This document shows positions 43,801 to 51,621 of a stretch of DNA of 56,972 bases, one piece after another (position 1 is the first letter of the stretch; the number at the start of each line of letters is the position of its first letter). This DNA comes from an uncultured Gammaproteobacteria bacterium. Lineage in GTDB: Bacteria > Pseudomonadota > Gammaproteobacteria > SZUA-229. A model generated the notes under the pieces. That model was given only the letters and a program-made list of their open reading frames with translations. It made no database searches and was not told the DNA's origin. The position numbers and the translations under genes were made by a program. The stretch covers positions 1 to 56,972 of the forward strand of contig CAWUSX010000007.1 in the NCBI GenBank assembly GCA_963924875.1. Direction: 5' to 3'.

Positions 43801-43896
43801 ATCAAATGCAGAGCCATAATAAATCTGTTCGGCAAAACTAAAATCGCAAAAACCTATTAAGATCAGGATAATGTATATTGTTTTATTTTTATGCAT
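40870..43896 (-). CDS. Exported YVTN beta-propeller plus MauG/CcP-like cytochrome c (3 CxxCH), HzsB/HzsC-like layout
   Basis: Sec signal (SFA); propeller blades (IEVGSRPY, VGNTGTMDVAVIDT, VGFRPIGI..LFVANQMSETISIIDL); CAPCH, CSHCH, CGVCH; RGKQLF and TLRGIFDRPPVFLHH..ARSLREVL resemble CcP/MauG elements. Confidence 0.75.
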   Translation of the reverse strand: MHKNKTIYIILILIGFCDFSFAEQIYYGSAFDKLTSSVWRYKSKFKAHDLTPVSNNVPLQTKQPHRDKPTRVTLNKEATKLYVTLQGTENNPQNKLAVVDLKTNKVIKRIEVGSRPYTSVLHPGGKFLVVTNEFSNYASVIDTRLDEVVNIIELDYYAQDIKFSKDGNKAWLANRYLDQVLVIDIVETDNHLYGKINVQGGFNDEVFYGNSAISKQTLNDLYIRGFTDKQIEKAKQHSSQGINAILRSKCAPCHNAAAGGFISGPDIKQNFLSAVANSIGGDAYNSPLLRAVLPKDMGGFGDEKITAEFHPGGVLFEKGDNDLEKIVKWIEQGYGGPGIPVGNEQSHPKDLALYDRYLFVGNTGTMDVAVIDTQTNKLIGSIYIGNVASHLMIKDDTLMVFTMGAGFGASKERDPYGAESWDKNNPAAQYTVLRDPSQGYDAYPIDKQFIMGDFDAVDGTWNFKMRDIQNDIIAIDLTSIDFKSISENSSPDYFLKTNKYESHKNWVRYTSDTAEATTGDVKGDIPPELQRVPGSFPEWSVTLADKLYVSMSGTFEIIEWQIKHNPDEPSDRLIPLRKFNVGFRPIGITAANNKLFVANQMSETISIIDLTNPENNSEIIVGDLTLPAIATDAERGDVVVHSTVFSSDGDTSCSHCHYRDTGDGRAWGAAEVVGQNKWGHLTPGGTLGIPQIKNIFAIQPYYFEGTHILEEGQGADINEPASSIDFDRPVWAGDYSQLVSPVADNKRRLMHEELKERVEVNKLGKKWYDLEHRRNEFFKAQSKKYFNKAYSLAEFYPFLAAWMGHENRLLPTPFDKQHPSVKRGKQLFNSAQVMCGVCHTSPEFTNKTQLLANNDRRALPQLTTMTRRDASYSLASVFAVETANGDPLGLKHEDKGRFEEKEGSFTTMTLRGIFDRPPVFLHHARARSLREVLLTPEHPAARKFLMPVMIGDEVVRKDRKEIGFNELTERTLKGDLDKQNRVIDSHGGTSHLRPGQIEDLLNFMKVIE

Positions 43897-43898
43897 TA

Positions 43899-46800
43899 TC
43901 AAAATACGCCTTTATAAGTCGCGCCTATATCTATCCAGCGAATTAACATCAAAAGATCTTTATCATCAAGGTAGTTGTGATCTTTAGTCATTAACTTGTC
44001 AATTAATGGACTTTGAGATGACAGTGCTTCACGTTCATTAATGTATTTTTTATCCGCAAAATCATGACTCTGAGGATCACGTAATTGATGCAAGCTTTCA
44101 TATGCCTGATTATAGTGACGTGTTTTTAACTCACTTAAATTCAGCCCCCCACCACTATGACACTTAACACAATGTTTATTTAAAATAGGCTGAATATCCT
44201 TAACAAAATCGATCGAGATATAATCAGTTAATTTTTTTCCTTTAGCTGAAGGTGAGCGTCGTTTTTGTTCCTGTTTATTCCAGGTCGCTACCACCTTAGA
44301 TGCCTCAGTTACAATATCAGCCGGACCTATTCCCTGCATAGGTTCACGGGTTAATGAACCATGACAACCTCCACAGGTACTAACAAATTTGCTTCTTGGT
44401 ATAGAAAGGGTAAATCGTTCTCCTGGCTGAGTATAAAACATACGTTGCAAGGTAAGTAGCGCACGTTTATCTTTATCTAATGCCTGCACTATCCATGCAA
44501 CATTTGCTGGTACCTCCACATATATAGAACTATCCGACTCTAAAGCCACCTCACCAAAAATAAGTTTTTTAGTATGCACTCCCTTACTCACCGCAGTTGC
44601 AAATGGATCGTCATCACTAATATTTTGCGTATCTTGCTTTGTTAATGGAAATACGCCAATTGCCCGAACATACTTGATTATGCCTTTAGGCAAAATATTT
44701 CTTTTACCCGTTTGTGTAAAATTTGTTAAAAATGCTGCCAGTAAATCAACGTCATACACTTCAATTTCTGCTGGCGTATTTGTTGGCATACGTTTCACAC
44801 CATCTACTACTTCTGGTTTGAGTCCATGTACAAATTTTTGATGTTTCAGAGGATGATGTCGATTTTCATGCAAACGAATAACTACGGGTCTTGGATTGTA
44901 TTCGGCTGCATCTGTTGAAATTTTATCTAAACGTGTTTTTTTATAAGTTCCAATTTGATGCCGATCTTCTGCCTGCAATGATGCATCAAAATTTATTCGA
45001 TAAATATCCCAGTCCGGATCTGCATTTTTATCTAAATGATCTAATTTATTTGTTACATGAGAAACTAAAATGGAACCATCAACTAATGGATAAGGGTCAC
45101 GATAGGCCCCCGCTTCAGATACACCGGTATGATTGATATTTTTATCAAACACCACCATCTCAGATATGTAACGAGGTAAGGATGAAAAATCAACCTCATT
45201 ATATTTTTCTGTTAGTGGAATATCATCCATCGGATTATTAGCTTCAGTGGATGAACCAAAGCCATGATCGACTAATGCCAACTGACCTCCACCCCAGTAA
45301 TTTCGCGGGTCTTGTAATATTTTAACTTCAAGACCTTGCGGCATTTCTCGTGCATCAGTGTGCAGTGCATATTGAGAACGCTCACCCCCATGGGGATGGA
45401 AATCAAAACCGCCTGCCTGCATGCGAAATATTGCCCCATTAAAAATCGGTTTATCATCTTGATATCCCAGGTTACGCACTGATGTCGCCATCACTTCGCC
45501 ACTGGTTCTTACCGTAGGCTTGCGCTCCTGATTAAAGCCCCAGGTCATTCGTCTATTACTTTCTTTAAATGAACCCGGTTTAAAACGCCAGATATCGTAA
45601 GCCGATGAATAATTTCTCTGTGGCTGCTCTATAACATAAATACTATTTATATCCAAAGCATGGGGTAAGGCTTTATCGAGTATTAATTTATTCTTAGTGT
45701 GCTTTATAATTTTCCGCCACAATCCTTTATTGGGACCTTTCACAAAGCTCAGTTTTAAATTGGTAAACGTACCCGCTTTTTCATGCCGCTGTTTATCCGT
45801 TATAATTGTCTTCGATGGATTGTCAGTATTATCCACCTCGCCAATAATCCCCCATGGCTCGGACGCAACATAATCACCTACCACATTACTTGCATAGCTA
45901 ATAAAAACGTCACTCAGATCATAGCCCTGATGATTATCTAGAGAATAATTAGGTGTATAGACAGGATCAATATGATGAACAACATCATCTTTTTTATCTG
46001 TAGCCGTACTAAGTTGCTTTATTTCTTTTGATTCTAAATCTATTTCAAAAATTCTAAATCCTGTATCTCTACTATGCCTCTTAGAAAAAACAATTTTCCT
46101 TGCATCATAACTGACATCAAGCGACTGAATTTCCTCATTTTTAAAGAATGTAACTTGACTTTCACTTACGCCATCAAAAAAGTAAATATTAGAACCAGGA
46201 TAAAACTCATCAAATGAAAAATATTTACGTGGCATATGACGCGGTCCACGGATAAATACAATACCTTTTTCATCACCTGGCAGGTCATTCAGCAATGGTT
46301 TCCCTTGAATGGTTAAATTCTTAAATAAATCATCTCTTTCCATTGCCATCCATTGCAATATTTTTTTTACATCGACATCATCATAGTTTTCAAAAAACTG
46401 ATTATTACCGCCGCGCTGATGCACACCACCTGACTCTATGGGTATATTTTTAACTAATACACGACTGAGTTTTAAATCACCACCTAAATTAACTAGACGC
46501 GTTAAATCACCTAGAACGGATGCTTTATTCTTACTTGTCATTTCATTAGAAAATTCCCCATTGGGTAATGGAGGTAATAATTTGAGATCGGTAAACGAAG
46601 CAGGTCCATGACAGGAAGATAAGAAACAACTATTTCTCACCAGAGCGGGTTGAACTTCATCTTTAAAAAACTGAGTAGAAGCAGATAGGGATTTTTGTTT
46701 TTCGGGATGTTCTGAAATTTCCTTATTCAGCCACTCCAGCATAAGCTGATAGTCTGTATCATCGGTTGAATAAAATATATCCAGGCCTTTATGTGCAACA

Positions 46801-47165
46801 CCACCATATTCTTCTGTTAATGGCGACCTTACAATATGACTGAATTCTGCAGCTTCACCATATTCTACCCGGCGATGACTAATTGCTACCTTATAGGCAA
46901 GCTCACTATCTGAAATTTTATTCTGAGTTGTTATAGGAAAATAAAAATAATTCTTATTTTCTCCCAACATATAATCACTATAGGCATCCGCATTTATACC
47001 ATGACAAGAAAGACATCTATTCTCAAGAACAGGTACAACCTTATCTTTAAAAAAAGCCTGGCTTGCTGATTTATTGCTCATAAAATTTAGCACACTATCG
47101 CAGCCGTTTAGCATAAAACAGCTGCAAACAACTAATATATAATTAATAGTGATATTAAATTTCAT
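43899..47165 (-). CDS. Multiheme lipoprotein resembling hydrazine synthase alpha subunit (TolB-like propeller, HZS-alpha middle domain, 4 heme motifs)
   Basis: Lipobox LNGC; CLSCH, CFLSSCH, CGGCH, CVKCH; VSYDARKIVFSKR; AYRDPYPLVDGSILVS; VALESDSSIYVEVPANVAWIVQALDKDKRA..QPGE; FVKDIQPILNKHCVKCH...WIDIGA. Confidence 0.72.
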   Translation of the reverse strand: MKFNITINYILVVCSCFMLNGCDSVLNFMSNKSASQAFFKDKVVPVLENRCLSCHGINADAYSDYMLGENKNYFYFPITTQNKISDSELAYKVAISHRRVEYGEAAEFSHIVRSPLTEEYGGVAHKGLDIFYSTDDTDYQLMLEWLNKEISEHPEKQKSLSASTQFFKDEVQPALVRNSCFLSSCHGPASFTDLKLLPPLPNGEFSNEMTSKNKASVLGDLTRLVNLGGDLKLSRVLVKNIPIESGGVHQRGGNNQFFENYDDVDVKKILQWMAMERDDLFKNLTIQGKPLLNDLPGDEKGIVFIRGPRHMPRKYFSFDEFYPGSNIYFFDGVSESQVTFFKNEEIQSLDVSYDARKIVFSKRHSRDTGFRIFEIDLESKEIKQLSTATDKKDDVVHHIDPVYTPNYSLDNHQGYDLSDVFISYASNVVGDYVASEPWGIIGEVDNTDNPSKTIITDKQRHEKAGTFTNLKLSFVKGPNKGLWRKIIKHTKNKLILDKALPHALDINSIYVIEQPQRNYSSAYDIWRFKPGSFKESNRRMTWGFNQERKPTVRTSGEVMATSVRNLGYQDDKPIFNGAIFRMQAGGFDFHPHGGERSQYALHTDAREMPQGLEVKILQDPRNYWGGGQLALVDHGFGSSTEANNPMDDIPLTEKYNEVDFSSLPRYISEMVVFDKNINHTGVSEAGAYRDPYPLVDGSILVSHVTNKLDHLDKNADPDWDIYRINFDASLQAEDRHQIGTYKKTRLDKISTDAAEYNPRPVVIRLHENRHHPLKHQKFVHGLKPEVVDGVKRMPTNTPAEIEVYDVDLLAAFLTNFTQTGKRNILPKGIIKYVRAIGVFPLTKQDTQNISDDDPFATAVSKGVHTKKLIFGEVALESDSSIYVEVPANVAWIVQALDKDKRALLTLQRMFYTQPGERFTLSIPRSKFVSTCGGCHGSLTREPMQGIGPADIVTEASKVVATWNKQEQKRRSPSAKGKKLTDYISIDFVKDIQPILNKHCVKCHSGGGLNLSELKTRHYNQAYESLHQLRDPQSHDFADKKYINEREALSSQSPLIDKLMTKDHNYLDDKDLLMLIRWIDIGATYKGVF

Positions 47166-47196
47166 AAAAACTCTTTTGCCATTTATAAAAATTAAC

Positions 47197-47240
47197 AAAT
47201 AAAAACACAAGCACATTTTTATATGCTCGTGTTTTTATTT
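47197..47240 (-). terminator. Intrinsic-terminator-like hairpin (or operator) just upstream of the HZS-like operon
   Basis: Minus strand AAATAAAAACACGAGCA-10 nt-TGCTTGTGTTTTTATTT; 17-bp arms with one G:U and a U-rich tail. Confidence 0.55.
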
Positions 47241-47355
47241 ATGATTTAACATTTAAAATAAATAAACTAAGACACCATGCATCCATACAGAGGGACTTCA
47301 GGTATTTCTGATATGTTATAAAATACTAAACAAAGACGGGTACAGCTATTTTTTG

Positions 47356-48507
47356 TTATTCACAATAAATCTTACCGCTATTGTATAAATCTACAATAAG
47401 TAACATTTCTGTCTTACTTGCTAAATTCACAATTTCATTAATATTGAGCTGCCTTTGTTTGCATAACAATCGAGCAAACTCCAGAGCAACTTCATAATCT
47501 TCACCATCAACAAATAACAACGCATCGTTTGCATTTTCAGAAAAAGCAAATCGACTTGCCGGATGCCGACTTAAAGTAGTTGTTTTTGCCAGTTCTTGTA
47601 ATTCGTCAACGGAGCATAACTTCTGCTCGGGTGCGATTAATACATCTGCTTTGGTATCACTAACAAAGCGCCCAAACCAACGTTTCAACTCAGGGTGCTC
47701 TGGTTGTAAATATTCTTTAAATATTTCAGTTATACGCTGAAGAGCATCCGGCTTTATTTCATTAGAATATTCCTGAATTTTCTGCTCAGGATCATGATAG
47801 GTTAAATCTGTTGACAGGTTTTGCGTTATGTAACCAATAAACTCATTTACAATATCTGCATGACTGGTAGCACGAAAACCAATGGAATAACTTAAACTTT
47901 CACCCAATGACACACCATAATGTTGAATTCCAGGGGGTAAATAAAGCATATCACCTGGTTCCATTATCCACTCTTCTTCGGATTCAAAATCTTTTTGAAT
48001 TCTTAATGGTGTTTCTTTTACCTGATTATCCTCAGACACGGGCTGGCTATTTATTTGCCAACGACGTTTACCCTCGCCCTGCATAATAAATACATCATAT
48101 AAATCGATATGCGGCCCAACAGAACCCTGGTCTGCTGCATAGCTAATCATTAAATCATCCAGTCGCCACTCTGGAATAAAACGAAAACTATCAATAATCC
48201 ATGAAAGCTCTGGTATGTATTTTTCTAAATCATTAACAATCAACGACCAATGCGTTTTTGGCATAGATGCATATATTTCATCACTCATCGGACCAAACAT
48301 GGGAAACCAGGGATAGTCACCATCTTTTTCCATAACGATGCGAGAATTAACTTCCTCTTCACAGGCAAGACCAGCTAATTCATCTGCGCTAATAGGAGTT
48401 TTAAAATCGGCAAAAGCCTGACGTATCAGTAAAGGCTTTTTCTGCCAGTACTCATCCATAAAGGTTTTTGCCGACATATTACCCAGTGGGTTAATTATTT
48501 CTTTCAT
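47356..48507 (-). CDS. roxA: JmjC/cupin ribosomal protein uL16 arginine hydroxylase
   Basis: YWQKKPLLIR, WRLDDLMISYA, SVGPHIDLYDVF, EPGDMLYLPPG..HYG, YSIGFRA. Confidence 0.9.
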   Translation of the reverse strand: MKEIINPLGNMSAKTFMDEYWQKKPLLIRQAFADFKTPISADELAGLACEEEVNSRIVMEKDGDYPWFPMFGPMSDEIYASMPKTHWSLIVNDLEKYIPELSWIIDSFRFIPEWRLDDLMISYAADQGSVGPHIDLYDVFIMQGEGKRRWQINSQPVSEDNQVKETPLRIQKDFESEEEWIMEPGDMLYLPPGIQHYGVSLGESLSYSIGFRATSHADIVNEFIGYITQNLSTDLTYHDPEQKIQEYSNEIKPDALQRITEIFKEYLQPEHPELKRWFGRFVSDTKADVLIAPEQKLCSVDELQELAKTTTLSRHPASRFAFSENANDALLFVDGEDYEVALEFARLLCKQRQLNINEIVNLASKTEMLLIVDLYNSGKIYCE

Positions 48508-48622
48508 AACACGAATCTCATTGCGTATATTTACAAAACTGCCTGCATACACAAATTCCAGCGTTAAAAAATGCCATGATTTAAATACAAAACAGAGAAG
48601 ATATGATTTTTATAAGCAAAAC

Positions 48623-48680
48623 TTGCTAGCGCTTAAATATAATAAATTTTGCATACTTTATTATATTTAAGCGCTAGCAA
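48623..48680. repeat. Perfect 24-bp inverted repeat with 10-nt loop
   Basis: TTGCTAGCGCTTAAATATAATAAA / TTTATTATATTTAAGCGCTAGCAA, 17 bp downstream of the TauD-like stop. Confidence 0.9.
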
Positions 48681-48697
48681 ATCACTTTACATAATGA

Positions 48698-49618
48698 TTA
48701 GTCTGAGAAACCAGTACCCACTAAACGATCAAAATAACGTGCACGATAATAATGACGCTTGTGTTCATCATCATCCGTAAATGCTGCACGGTCATGCAAT
48801 ACATTATTACTTACCAGCCCCATACCTGATTCAAGGCGACCACGATAAATATAAGGTGAATCACTATTTAAAATATTCGTTAAGTATGCCAGCGCTTCCT
48901 GTGCAACTGGGTCTTCTGTCCAGATCACATTATTAACCCGTATTGTATGGCGCATATGCAGGTCACCACTGTGCATAATACTAAATACCGGACCCGGCTC
49001 ATCTTTACGCGCAATGGTTCCGCCTTCATCAATGCGTGCAGGAATAGTCATTGCATCGTTTGCCATTAAGGCACGAATATAGTCCGGGTTTTTGTCGCGT
49101 AATAAAATGTAGGCGATCTCGTGATCCATCACTGCATTTTCACCACCACTTGCAGCCTGCTGAACAACATGTAAATTTAGCGCATGAATCTGTTTGCTTG
49201 CCACATTATAGTAACCATCCGTGTGCCAGTTAATTGCTCGGTTGGTGTAAGGGATATATTGTTGACGTATGCCATTATCAGCAACCGTTAAAGACGTTAA
49301 ACCGGTTTCATCGGCCAGCCAGTTTTTATTGATGCTTTCCAGGCCAAAACGACGCCCCATAGAAAGTGGGATTTCCGGGTCTGGATCATCACCTGTTTTA
49401 CTTGCATACAATGCCATATTTGCTTTACGACAACGTGATTGCAATGCATCAAACTCACTATTGGTTAATTTACGCGGGTCATTAATTTCTACTAACAAAT
49501 CACCCAGGCTCGCAGGATATCCCTCAAGCTTCTGATCACGCCATCTGTTATATAGATCATCATTCTCAAGCGCAAATGGACTATTTACAATCTCTACTTT
49601 CTGATTAGGGTTAGCCAT
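48698..49618 (-). CDS. TauD/TfdA-family Fe(II)/2-oxoglutarate dioxygenase-like protein
   Basis: INWHTDGYYN (HxD), GGENAVMDHE, NNVLHDRAAF, RARYFDR; likely start 49618. Confidence 0.85.
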   Translation of the reverse strand: MANPNQKVEIVNSPFALENDDLYNRWRDQKLEGYPASLGDLLVEINDPRKLTNSEFDALQSRCRKANMALYASKTGDDPDPEIPLSMGRRFGLESINKNWLADETGLTSLTVADNGIRQQYIPYTNRAINWHTDGYYNVASKQIHALNLHVVQQAASGGENAVMDHEIAYILLRDKNPDYIRALMANDAMTIPARIDEGGTIARKDEPGPVFSIMHSGDLHMRHTIRVNNVIWTEDPVAQEALAYLTNILNSDSPYIYRGRLESGMGLVSNNVLHDRAAFTDDDEHKRHYYRARYFDRLVGTGFSD

Positions 49619-49774
49619 ACAAAAAACCTCATGTAGCAATATTTTAGACAAAAATCGAACTCGACACTTTAAGAACGCAAAAGGTTTCAGTCGTTGATCA
49701 AGCACAAGAAAAAGGGAAAATAAGCACTGAATAGCACTATTTCAGGGGTGTTATCGCGCCTGAAAGCATCTGAT

Positions 49775-49788
49775 TTGATTCATATCAA
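49775..49788. promoter_or_regulatory. FNR/DNR box upstream of the TauD-like gene
   Basis: Perfect TTGAT-TCAT-ATCAA. Confidence 0.7.
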
Positions 49789-49938
49789 CACTAAAAGAAG
49801 CCACGTTTAACTTTGGTTTTTATAACTCTTTGATTTAAAAATGAACGCCTAAGCGTTTCTGAGCTGAATATTGTTATCATACCCAACGACTATACGTTGT
49901 AGAAATCAAAATATACTAAGAGCCAGGGTTAGCCATGT

Positions 49939-50613
49939 TTAAATTACGGCATAGTCTTCCAATTGATCGCGATCGAGTATTTCTATTTCTGAGCCCTCGA
50001 CACGAACTACATTTAATAATCTAAGTTGTTTGATAATTCTTGAGAAGGTTTCAGGCTGTATTGATAGTCGTGAAGCCAGTACCGCCTTCGGAAACGATAG
50101 ACGAAAACTGTCTCCATCACCTGCCTGTTCCAGTAGATAGGTAGAAAGTCTGTGGCGTCCATTCTGCACACTCAGGTCATCTATTTCCTGCACCAGGCGC
50201 CGTATTCGCTGACTCATGCTACCCAGTAGCAGTAAACAGGTTTTGCTGGATTCCGACAGCATCTTGACGAAATACCGGGAATCAAACGAGATAATTTCAG
50301 CTTCATTCAGTGAGGAGGCTGAAACAGGAAATTCTGGACAGTCGAGGAACATCAGCGCCTCGGCAAATGTCTGCCCTGGCGTCACAATCTCGATGACCTT
50401 TTCCTGCCCATCTGCTGAATTTCGAAACAGTTTGATCAGCCCAGAATACACCAGGTAGAAGTGGCTAACGCCATCCCCCTGATTAAACAAAAACTCATCT
50501 TTATGCAGTACCTCGATACGGGCATGCTGAATAACATCATCAAGCTGCTGAGTGCTTAACTCATTAAAGAGATGCACCTGTTTTAAAAAATCCTTATGCT
50601 CTGACGTTATCAT
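49939..50613 (-). CDS. dnr: Crp/Fnr-family regulator, DNR type
   Basis: GQEKVIEIVTPGQTFAEALMF, PKAVLASRLSIQPETFSRI; no N-terminal Fnr Cys cluster; next to nir genes. Confidence 0.88.
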   Translation of the reverse strand: MITSEHKDFLKQVHLFNELSTQQLDDVIQHARIEVLHKDEFLFNQGDGVSHFYLVYSGLIKLFRNSADGQEKVIEIVTPGQTFAEALMFLDCPEFPVSASSLNEAEIISFDSRYFVKMLSESSKTCLLLLGSMSQRIRRLVQEIDDLSVQNGRHRLSTYLLEQAGDGDSFRLSFPKAVLASRLSIQPETFSRIIKQLRLLNVVRVEGSEIEILDRDQLEDYAVI

Positions 50614-50727
50614 GGGTACTCCAGATAAAAATCTATTTAACAAAATGTTTTATTGATGACCTGACATTGACTGCTTAACTAAGTGTATTCAAGCTTCTCG
50701 ACAATGTCTTAAGCAATTATCTGATTA

Positions 50728-50741
50728 TTGACTGAAATCAA
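50728..50741. promoter_or_regulatory. FNR/DNR box upstream of dnr
   Basis: TTGAC-TGAA-ATCAA (one mismatch). Confidence 0.65.
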
Positions 50742-51061
50742 TCATATGCAGATCAAACTATCCAATGATAAACGAACGCGACATTTAAGAGATGAACATA
50801 TCAGACGTCAGCTATTCGATATCTTCAGACTGGATTTGTACGAAGGTCACTGCATTCTCTTCAGCATGGACTTAACACTGGGCCTTAGCAATTTTCAGAG
50901 CAGAAAAACGTCCGCTGCCCACGTGCAATACTAACCTCTTACTGCGGGTCTTTCTTCCTCTGACACTGATCGCCTATGGCCTCAGCCTGCCATTCAGCAT
51001 GACCAACGCGTCCCTGATTTTTTATAGAGCACGCAAAAAAATCAATAATGCCAGCTGACAC

Positions 51062-51075
51062 TTGATGATTATCAA
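51062..51075. promoter_or_regulatory. FNR/DNR box upstream of the small ORF and nirE
   Basis: Perfect TTGAT-GATT-ATCAA, with TATAAT at 51103-51108. Confidence 0.8.
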
Positions 51076-51252
51076 GGCTGAGCCTGTCTCCATGGTTTTA
51101 ACTATAATTGCCCGTAAACCTGTTACGGAGCCGGTTAATGGTGATGCCAGCAGATGAATAGTGACTTGTGCTATAGAGCTTGAACAAACAGACACAACTT
51201 TAAGTACAGGTCGGCCACCTGGATTATTGCCTGAAAGAAAAGGAACGTAAAA

Positions 51253-51459
51253 ATGAATCTAATAATCTACCTTCTGAATTTCATCTTTGCCATTTTAATG
51301 ATTATTGTATTCCCGATATACTTCGCCTCTGCGGAAATCATCGTGGACGACTCGGCGCAAATCGACGTCATTAATATCAACTTCACGCCAGTCAATAACA
51401 ACTACGTAACGGATAGAAGTGAACAATCAAAAACATCGAAAGAATCGCTGGCACAGTAG
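51253..51459 (+). CDS. Small membrane or exported hypothetical protein (68 aa)
   Basis: AAGGA RBS, hydrophobic N-terminus ending ASA; 11-bp inverted repeat (51451-51486) over the stop codon. Confidence 0.5.
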   Translation: MNLIIYLLNFIFAILMIIVFPIYFASAEIIVDDSAQIDVININFTPVNNNYVTDRSEQSKTSKESLAQ

Positions 51460-51621
51460 AGCCTGAAATCAACGACTCTACTGTGCAATGTCAGACAGTA
51501 TTTTTATCAATACTTTTTATGACAATGATTTTTCTAGACAAGTCGCTTTCCCAATCACGGCGGCGACCAGCTCAACCGTCTATAACCTAACTGTCCACAG
51601 CCCGAATAACAGGGGTAGCAT

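Noticed and set aside
40870-43896. NirS/NirN (cytochrome cd1) as the identity of the propeller cytochrome
   Set aside because: The domain order is wrong (propeller first, diheme domain last), the protein is about 1000 aa, and I see no NirS motifs.
40870-47165. Calling these genes true anammox hzsABC
   Set aside because: Only the domain layout and motifs resemble HZS. There are extra heme domains, the context looks gammaproteobacterial, and no hao/hdh is in the window. Activity cannot be inferred from this.
50728-50934. 68-aa ORF in the track
   Set aside because: Its TTG start is the first half of an FNR box; no RBS or recognisable motif.
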